Assembly (NCBI GenBank): GCA_012862495.1 | Contig: BLSG01000411.1 | Coordinates: forward strand, 393,545 to 413,544 | DNA from: Thraustochytrium aureum | Taxonomy: Eukaryota | Reading direction: 5' to 3' | Length of the DNA: 20,000 nucleotides | In this document: in pieces, positions 10,001 to 17,600 of the stretch | Numbering within the stretch: the stretch's first letter is position 1 | Layout: every line of letters starts with the position of its first letter | Position numbers and translations under genes: made by a program | Notes under the pieces: generated by a model | Seen by the model: only the letters and a program-made list of their open reading frames with translations | Database searches by the model: none | Told to the model about the DNA's origin: nothing

Positions 10001-11331
10001 CGACCCGCTAGCCGAGTCTGAGTCCGAGCCAGAGCTACTGCTGGAGTTGGAGCTCGACTCAGACGGGGAGCCAGAGCTCGAGCTGCTCGAGCTGCTCAGG
10101 TTGCTGCTTCTGGACCGGGCACGCCTTACGGAACGGGGCTTCGCCGACAGGTCGCCCGCGAGCTCGTCGTCGCTCGTGAGGTCGACCGCACTGTCACTTG
10201 CCGACGCGAAAGTTGCCCCGCGCGCGGCGCGTCGGCCAGTGTCCACGCAACGGCTCGCATGCAGCTCGATCGCGCTCGCATGAAACTTCCGGAAACACAC
10301 CGGGCACGCTATTCCAGCAGTGTCAGGGGCTTCATCACCGCCGCGCGTCTCGCCCGCCGTCGCAGCTGACGAGCTGCAGCTTCCTTTTCACGTCTGGATT
10401 CCTTGGCTGCCTTTTTGGCCGCTTTCCTGGCCTCCTTGTCGGCCTTCTTGGCGGCCTTTCTCGCTTGTCGGGCCTCCTCTTTCACTAGTTTACGTGCCGC
10501 TTTGGCCTTTGCCCGGTCCGCCTTGGGCGCCTTTGGGGTTGCGGGCGCTTTCAGCTTATCCATCGACGCGACAGAGCTTGTGCGCACGCGCTTCTTGCCC
10601 GAGACGGCCTCTTCGACCTTCCCAAACGGGTTGACGCCTGGGCGCGGCGGTGACGCCGATGCAGATTTGGCCTTTCCTGCCGAAGCAAGGAGGGAGTCCA
10701 GGCCAGGCCCGGGAGCGCGGCTGGAAGCGGCGCTCAATCCGCTCTTCTGCGATGCAGAGACCGCTATGGGCGCCTTTGCGCTTGGCGCCCGCGCCGCAGC
10801 GCCTCCCAGTGGCACACCCGGTACGGCTTTGCCTTGCTGGACGAGGCGCTCTCGGCGCTCGCGCTCGCGACGCTCGCCTTGGAGCAAAAGGGTGCGCATG
10901 ATCTGGATTTTGATTTGGAGCTCTTCAGCGCGCGAGAGTTCACCGCTCGGCGGCTGCGAGCGTTCTGCCCTCAGACTGTTCTTGGCGCTCGTCTCGAGGA
11001 TGTGGATGAGCTTCCTCAAGGAAACCAGGGAGACCTTTGCGCCCGCGTCACCCGCTTCATTGCTGCCGCCGATCTTGTCCGCGAGCGAGCGGTCCGCCAG
11101 GAACGCGGAAAGCGGTCGGGGCTCGCGACGCTTCGTCTGCGACTTGATCCGGCTCTCGAGCTGGTCGACCACATTTCTCTCGATCTCCTCCGGGTTGAAC
11201 GCGCGTAGACCGAGCCCGGCCAAGCTCTCGAGCGTATCCTTGCTTCCAGAAAACTCCGACGAGCTGGTGCCCAGCACATTCGTCGCGCGCGTCTTCAAGC
11301 CGAGCGTCTGCCGCGGCTTGTCATCCGCCAT
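7061..11331 (-). CDS. ERCC6: ERCC6/CSB/Rad26 SNF2-family ATPase (transcription-coupled repair); frameshift at ~10309-10389; internal gap 7303-7432
   Basis: GGILGDEMGLGKTVQV (motif I), VVLDEGHKIRNPD (II), TGSPIQNNLRELWSLFDF (III), FLLTTKVGGLGINLTGANRV (V), QARERAWRVGQ (VI). CSB-specific VPTWTG motif and C-terminal FRQLLRQIA...WTLRPEF winged helix. The upstream ORF 10309..11331 has the CSB N-terminal LAGLGLRAFNPEEIERNVVDQ block. Confidence 0.95.
10247..10306 (-). other. UBZ4-type (Rad18/RAP80-like) C2HC zinc finger within ERCC6
   Basis: Extending the ATPase frame upstream of 10300 gives GIA-CPVC-FRKFHASAIEL-H-ASR-C, i.e. C-x2-C-x11-H-x3-C. Confidence 0.8.
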
Positions 11332-11563
11332 CTCGTCTCACCGCCTCCCAAGCCGCTCGACCGCTCAGTTCCGCGTCGTCGCCCGAATGCCAGCCAGCCC
11401 GCCCGCCCGCCCGCCCGCTTGCCTTCCAGCCAGCCGACCGCCGGGAAGGAAGGACGCGAGGGCGGGAGGCCGGGAGAGAGCTGGCGCGCGCCGTCTCCCG
11501 AGCCCTTCCGCGCCGGGCCCTGCCCGCCTCGCTGCGCTGCCGCGAGTGAGTGCTCGTTCGGGG

Positions 11564-11590
11564 TCTGTTCTGTTCCGTTCTGTTCTGTTC
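11564..11590. repeat. Pentanucleotide microsatellite (TCTGT)n, about 5 copies
   Basis: tctgttctgttccgttctgttctgttc read directly. Confidence 0.85.
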
Positions 11591-11617
11591 GCTCACGGTC
11601 AGAACAGAAGAAGCTGC

Positions 11618-11789
11618 GCCGCGAGGCGTAGAGCTCTTTGTTCTAAGCCGCAACGCGTAGAGTTCTTTGTTCTGAGCCGCAAAGCGTAGAGCTCTTTGTT
11701 CTGAGCCACATGGCGTAGCGTTCTTTGTTCTGGGCCGCAAGGCGTAGCGTTCTTTGTTCTGGGCCGCAAGGCGTGGCGTTCTTTGTTCT
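11618..11789. repeat. 29-bp minisatellite, 6 copies, consensus GCCGCAAGGCGTAG(A/C)G(C/T)TCTTTGTTCTG(A/G)
   Basis: Units start at 11618, 11647, 11676, 11705, 11734 and 11763, head-to-tail with no spacers. TCTTTGTTCT is invariant. Confidence 0.95.
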
Positions 11790-11893
11790 TCGTTGTTCGG
11801 ATGCAGTTTGAAAGCGAGCAGAGCGTGAAGGCGGCAAGCGAGTTGGACGCGCGCGGAGCGGCCGAGTTGGCGCCAGGGCGCGAGGCGGGGCGT

Positions 11894-11955
11894 GTCTGGT
11901 CTGGTCTGTCGGTCTGTCGGCCTGGTCTGTCGGCCTGGTCTGTCGGCCTGTCGGC
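11894..11955. repeat. Compound GGTCT/GTCGG(CCT) short tandem repeat (13-bp CCTGGTCTGTCGG unit)
   Basis: gtctggtctggtctgtcggtctgtcggcctggtctgtcggcctggtctgtcggcctgtcggc read directly. Confidence 0.85.
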
Positions 11956-11957
11956 TC

Positions 11958-12027
11958 CCGCCCGGTGAACTGCCGCCCGGTGAACTGCCGCCCGGTGAAC
12001 TGCCGCCCGGTGAACTGCCGCCCGGTG
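11958..12027. repeat. Perfect 15-bp tandem repeat CCGCCCGGTGAACTG, about 4.7 copies
   Basis: Identical units at 11958, 11973, 11988 and 12003 plus a partial unit at 12018. Each contains a CCGCCC GC-box. Confidence 0.95.
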
Positions 12028-12106
12028 GGCCGGATCGCCAGCCGCGGACTGGACGGGGCGCGGAAGACGAGCGAGGAACGGCGGACCGCTCCCGCTCGGC
12101 GCAGTG

Positions 12107-13078
12107 ATGGCGCCGATCTTCAAGGCAGGTGACAGCGGCCTCGCGCTGAACGGGTACGGAGAAGGCCTGCCCAAAGTCCTGTACGATGTCAAGGTGCTCG
12201 ATGTCAAGCGGCAGGGCAAGCGGACCAAGTTCTTGGTCCACTTCCACGGCTGGAAGAGCACGTACGACGAGTGGGTCGAGGAGGTGCTGCCCGTTACGGA
12301 AGAGAATCTGGCCAAGAAAGCAGAAATGATTAGCGAAGCGAAGGAGGCGCACCGCAAGCTCAAGCAGAAGCGCGCCGCCGAGCGGCGCGAGCTGAACAGC
12401 GCGATTTTCGCCAAGCGGCCCAGAAAGAGCGACCCCACCGGCCCCGACGACGGCGCGGAGGACGACAGCAAGTCGGCAGTCGGTTTGCGACTCAACTTCT
12501 CCGCCCTGCTGAAAAAGCAGCTCTACGAGGACTACGAAAAGGTGACAATCAAGAAGATGTTGGTTCGCCTCCCGCGCCGCGTCACGATCGAGACGCTCTG
12601 CGAAGAGTACTTTGAGGACGCATCCCGGCCGCACGGACTCTGCTCTAGCTCTGGAAAGATAGCCGCCGAGACGGTCAAAGAGATCCTTGACGGGCTCCGT
12701 GTGTTTTTCGATCGCGCGGTGGGCCCGTTTCTCCTCTACAGCTTTGAAAAGCTCCAGTACGAGGCGCTTCGCGAAAAGCACCCGGAAGATGAGAACGACC
12801 ACCTGATCCTCCGCGAGTCGGCGCAGGAACAGTTGCAGGCCCAGCCGAAGCGCAAGCGACTCTCGCAGCTCTACGGCCCAGAGCACTTTCTGCGGCTCTT
12901 GCTCAAGCTGCCGAGCTTGCTGCGGCCGCGCGACCTCGTCGACCACGAGGTAGACGTGCTGCAGCTTGTGCTGCACGACGTGCTCAAGTTTATCGGCAAG
13001 CGGCGGGAGCGGTACTTGCCTCCGAGCGCCTACGAGCCGGCTTCCGATGACTACTTGAGGGTAATCCAGGACATGTAG
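12107..13078 (+). CDS. EAF3: MRG15/Eaf3 (MORF4L1 family) chromo-barrel + MRG domain protein
   Basis: N-terminal LYDVKVL...FLVHFHGWKSTYDEWV (chromo barrel). C-terminal LKKQLYEDY...LVRLP...EILDGLRVFFDRAVGPFLLYSFEKLQY...SQLYGPEHFLRLLLKLP (MRG domain). Intact ORF; the first ATG is at 12107. Confidence 0.95.
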   Translation: MAPIFKAGDSGLALNGYGEGLPKVLYDVKVLDVKRQGKRTKFLVHFHGWKSTYDEWVEEVLPVTEENLAKKAEMISEAKEAHRKLKQKRAAERRELNSAIFAKRPRKSDPTGPDDGAEDDSKSAVGLRLNFSALLKKQLYEDYEKVTIKKMLVRLPRRVTIETLCEEYFEDASRPHGLCSSSGKIAAETVKEILDGLRVFFDRAVGPFLLYSFEKLQYEALREKHPEDENDHLILRESAQEQLQAQPKRKRLSQLYGPEHFLRLLLKLPSLLRPRDLVDHEVDVLQLVLHDVLKFIGKRRERYLPPSAYEPASDDYLRVIQDM

Positions 13079-13340
13079 CTCGCCGCGCGGTGCGCAAGCA
13101 AACGAAGGGAAAAAAGCAAAATATCGAGGTGACTGCGCCCACTACCACGTGCGCTCGCTTTCCCGGTTGCTAAACAAGGCGACTTGGCGACAGTGCCTCG
13201 CCAGAAACCGGCTCGCCAGACCGGGATTCACCATGGCGCGGCGCTTTCCCTTCCACGGATCGTCGCTGTGTCCATTGACGACCGCTCCTGCGCACGCAAC
13301 CGCGCCCCCCAGCCCCCCCCCCCCCCTCGGGGCTGCCGAA

Positions 13341-13558
13341 CTAGGGCGCTCGAGGTGCCGCAGACGACGGGCTTCCGTGCGCGGATGCGAGTTTGGCATC
13401 TGCTTGGTCCAGCAAGCTCTTGGTTATCACGTGCTCGGCGTTGCAGTACTCGCAGCGTGTCGCGAACTCGGTGCTCCCGGCGCTAAACAACTCCTCGCGA
13501 TCTTGCACCCCCAGCGCGACGGACAACTTGGCCGCGAAGCGCTCTGCAGAGCATGGGC
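13341..13558 (-). CDS. Hsp33 (HslO)-like redox-regulated chaperone, C-terminal zinc-binding part; 5' part in gap
   Basis: Frame extends to the gap: (nGC)-P-C-SAERFAAKLSVALGVQDREELFSAGSTEFATR-CEYC-NAEHVI. This fits CxC-x32-CxxC with the CSxER and LG..e..el signatures of Hsp33. The first Cys codon is cut by the gap (nGC). Confidence 0.75.
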
Positions 13559-14517
13559 NNNNNNNNNNNNNNNNNNNNNNNNNNNNNNNNNNNNNNNNNN
13601 NNNNNNNNNNNNNNNNNNNNNNNNNNNNNNNNNNNNNNNNNNNNNNNNNNNNNNNNNNNNNNNNNNNNNNNNNNNNNNNNNNNNNNNNNNNNNNNNNNNN
13701 NNNNNNNNNNNNNNNNNNNNNNNNNNNNNNNNNNNNNNNNNNNNNNNNNNNNNNNNNNNNNNNNNNNNNNNNNNNNNNNNNNNNNNNNNNNNNNNNNNNN
13801 NNNNNNNNNNNNNNNNNNNNNNNNNNNNNNNNNNNNNNNNNNNNNNNNNNNNNNNNNNNNNNNNNNNNNNNNNNNNNNNNNNNNNNNNNNNNNNNNNNNN
13901 NNNNNNNNNNNNNNNNNNNNNNNNNNNNNNNNNNNNNNNNNNNNNNNNNNNNNNNNNNNNNNNNNNNNNNNNNNNNNNNNNNNNNNNNNNNNNNNNNNNN
14001 NNNNNNNNNNNNNNNNNNNNNNNNNNNNNNNNNNNNNNNNNNNNNNNNNNNNNNNNNNNNNNNNNNNNNNNNNNNNNNNNNNNNNNNNNNNNNNNNNNNN
14101 NNNNNNNNNNNNNNNNNNNNNNNNNNNNNNNNNNNNNNNNNNNNNNNNNNNNNNNNNNNNNNNNNNNNNNNNNNNNNNNNNNNNNNNNNNNNNNNNNNNN
14201 NNNNNNNNNNNNNNNNNNNNNNNNNNNNNNNNNNNNNNNNNNNNNNNNNNNNNNNNNNNNNNNNNNNNNNNNNNNNNNNNNNNNNNNNNNNNNNNNNNNN
14301 NNNNNNNNNNNNNNNNNNNNNNNNNNNNNNNNNNNNNNNNNNNNNNNNNNNNNNNNNNNNNNNNNNNNNNNNNNNNNNNNNNNNNNNNNNNNNNNNNNNN
14401 NNNNNNNNNNNNNNNNNNNNNNNNNNNNNNNNNNNNNNNNNNNNNNNNNNNNNNNNNNNNNNNNNNNNNNNNNNNNNNNNNNNNNNNNNNNNNNNNNNNN
14501 NNNNNNNNNNNNNNNNN

Positions 14518-14610
14518 CTTCCTCGAAAACTGCAGTCGCGCTGTCGCTTTCCTCGAGGACTGCAGTCGCGCCGTCGCCTTCCTCGAGGACTGCGCCGCCC
14601 GAGCTGTCGC
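14518..14610 (-). repeat. Coding 30-bp tandem repeat (10-aa E(S/G)D(S/G)ATAV(L/F)E) in the GBF1 tail, running into the gap
   Basis: Units at 14518-14547 and 14548-14577 plus a degenerate 33-bp unit at 14578-14610. Translation: ESDSSGGAVLE-EGDGATAVLE-ESDSATAVFE-E. Confidence 0.85.
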
Positions 14611-17600
14611 TCTCCGGCACAGCGCCGTCCTGTGATGCTGAAGCCGCGTCGTCGACGTGACTGGAGACCCCAAGGGCAGTGGCCTCTTCGAGAACCGGGT
14701 TGGCAGCAGATGCAGCACCCGCGTCGTCGCTCGCCGTCAGAGCGCTTGCGTGTCCGAGGCTCTCTTGCTCGCTTTGGTCGAGGCTGTTCAGCGTTGAATG
14801 GTCCGAGCTGGTAACTTTGGCTGCCTGGTCCGCGCGGGCAGAGTCCACGCTCTGACTGGGGGCCGCGGAGCCCTCTACAGGTTGAGGCTCAAACTCGGCA
14901 CCAAGGGCGGCGAGGTCGCCCGCAAACTTGCTGCGCATTGCCGCCGCGTGCTCCTCGGAAAGCTCGCCAAGCGCTGTTCGAAGCACGCGAGTTGCGTGGG
15001 CTTGCACCTGCGCCGGCGTAGATTCCGGCTCGGTGCCACGCGCGACTCCAACAATCGCCTCGAGGACGATCGCATCGCGACGAGCAAATCCGTCCTTTGC
15101 GCTGGCCTGCGCGAAGCGCGAGTGCACGAGGAAAAGGAGGTCTACGAGCTCTGTCATGTCGCGCCGCGCGGCAGCGGCCCGCTCACCCCCCCCTGCTGCC
15201 TGCCCGGCCACGCGCGCGAGGAACGCCTTGAAGACAACGACGAGTTCTGAGACAGGGACCTTTGCGAGCCCCGCGTGACTGCAGAGCTTGGGCAGGAGCG
15301 ACTTCCAGCCAACCGCAGCAACCGCGTAGTTGTCGAGCTGCGACAAGACCAGAAGCGAGCGTGCGATGGCCGGGTTCCACACCAGAGTGGGCGCATCGAT
15401 CGTGCGCGCCAGCGCCTCCGCCACCAAAGGCCCAAGCCCTGGCGCCAGCTCGCTCGGGTAGCGCAAAAGGAATCGGAGCACGCTCCCAATCTCGTCGGCG
15501 AGTTTGGGGGGCGCCCGGGCCAAACCGTGCAAGGCGATCCGAAGGAGGCCCACCGAGGCCTTTTCGCTGAACGAGGTTGCCGACTTGGCCTGCTTGAGAA
15601 CCAAGCGACACATGTGGCCACGCACCATCGGCCAGATCAGCTGCAGGCGGTCTACATTGGCGAGGGCGAGCTCGGTCAGGAGGTGCAACCCAAACAACCT
15701 CGACGCGCGCGAAGCAGGCGAAAGCATCGCAACGGTGATGTCAGGGCGGACGTCACCGTCTGTGGCAGCTTCCTCGCCCGGCTCTTCCTCGGCGACGTCC
15801 TCCATGAGCTTGTCGTCGCCTGGGCAGGTCATTTCGTCGCCGCAGCACGCGAGGACGAGGCCGCGTACGAGCGCGACGATGGTGCCGTCGCTGAGCGCCC
15901 GCGAGTTCTTGATGAGACTCGCTGTCATGTCCGCAATGTTGATGGACTCGAGGCCCGCGGGGGTGGCGGCCACGACAGGCGTGGACTTTGTGCCGCCCGT
16001 TACGCTTACGTAGGTAAAGTCCACCGCGCGCTTGACTCGAAGGTACTCGTCCTCGCGCTGCCGGACCTGCTCCTCGGCCTCCGTGCGCGACTCGCCGCTC
16101 AGCCAGCTGACCCAGCCCTTGCTTCGCTCGAGGGCCTCTTGCGCGCTCTGCAGCCGCGTCGCGGCCTCCTTGAGCCAGGACGCCCCGACCGCCTTGTGGT
16201 ATTGCAGACGCAGCTCGGGGTCCACGAGCGGGTCGTCGCGCGACTCGACCAGCAGGGATTCGGGGACAAGGTCCAGGTCAAACAGCCGCAGCAAGCAGTA
16301 CATGATGTGCGGCCAGGCCTGGCGGAGCGTGTCGCCGTACCGGCTCGCGATGGCGAACACAGCCGTCGTCGCGGTCTGGGCCTTTCGCGAGCCCCGGAGC
16401 GTAGCCAGCGTGCGCTCGACGCTCTTCCCCGAGCCAAGGAGGTCGAGGCCCTCTTGCTGGCCTGCGCGTCGGGACGCGCTGCTCGCGCTGCCCGTGCTGG
16501 CGACACCTGAGGGCTTGCGCTTAATAGTGGATCTGGAGGCTTGGCGCTGGGTCGCGGCCGCAGCGTCCACCTGCTCTTCGTCTTCGTCCACGTCCGTGGT
16601 GTCCCCGTCGCCCTCGCCGCTGCCCAAAGGCTGGGCCACGCCAGCGCCGGGGGCGTCCGCGCGCTCGTCCAGCACGGCCTCGTCGAAGGGGTCCTCGCCG
16701 GTGCTCGACGTGTCGAGGCTGTCCTCGTCGCTGTCCTCGTCAGCGCGGTCCGAGTCTGCGTCGCGCAGCTGGCTAGTGTTTGTTGCGTGCGCGTAAAGCA
16801 GGAGCGTTGTAAACTTGCAGATGTCCACGGCGATTCGGTCGAGGACGCGGACGAGGCCAAAGTGCGAGGCAATGTCTGCGCAGTTCATGATGCCTTCTAG
16901 CGCAAGATCGATGGCCTTGGGCTGCTTGGTGGGGTCGCCGGCGTGGTACACGACGCTTAGCGCGGCGAAGGCGGGTTTGTGCATCACAGCGAACATCTGC
17001 CTGTCGTAGATGCGAAACAGCGCCTTGACTTGCGCCTCGCTCGGGCGGGCAGGAAGCGCTCGGGAGATAAGCTTCATCGGTGTCTTGGCGCGCACAAGGT
17101 CGCGCCAGCGGTCCGTGGTCACTTCGGCGGTGAGCGTGCTCCCCTCGGACATAGTATTGATCTCGCGCGCCTTGATCTCGTCATAGATCGAGCGCAAAAG
17201 GTCGAGCGGCATGTCCTGCCCCTTCGAGGTCTCGGCGCCGTAGTTGAGGTTGTTGACTTTGAAGGCTTCAAAGCTCATCTTCTTCTCGGGGCGGATGTTG
17301 GGGTTGTGCAGGTCTGTGTTGAGCAGGATGATCGAAAAGCAGAGCAGGTAGGCGCAGTCGACGGTGGGGAACTTTGACGCGTCGCGCGTACTCGCGTGTG
17401 CCACCTCGCTAAAGCACTGGATGATACGGTCTATCATCTGCGCCTCGCCCGGGAGCCGAAAGCTCTCGAGAAACATGCGGAGCGCGGCGAGCAGCGAGAG
17501 CCCGTGCATGTCAAAGGTACTCACGAAGGCGCGCAGCACCTTGGCTGGAAGCTCGCCCGTCGAACCTAGAAACTCTCCAATCGCAGCTTTGTCCAGGCCC

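Larger units (their letters stand above)
11332..12106. promoter_or_regulatory. Divergent (probably bidirectional) promoter/5'UTR region between ERCC6 and MRG15
   Basis: 775 bp between head-to-head ATGs (11331 on -, 12107 on +). GCCC/CCGCCC iterations at ~11389-11418. Function is inferred from position only. Confidence 0.6.

Noticed and set aside
10309..11331. Independent 340-aa histone H1-like gene
   Set aside because: It contains the CSB N-terminal signature and overlaps the ATPase frame, so it is the 5' part of ERCC6.
10403..11689. 428-aa plus-strand ORF and other long antisense ORFs over ERCC6, RBM34 and GBF1
   Set aside because: Expected stop-poor shadows of GC-rich coding sequence on the opposite strand.
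11618..11789. CRISPR array (29-bp periodicity)
   Set aside because: Units are head-to-tail with no unique spacers, there are no cas genes, and the context is eukaryotic. It is a minisatellite.
11321..12976. 551-aa minus-strand ORF and the overlapping 298-aa ORF
   Set aside because: Antisense shadow of MRG15 plus translated tandem repeats; no recognisable domain.
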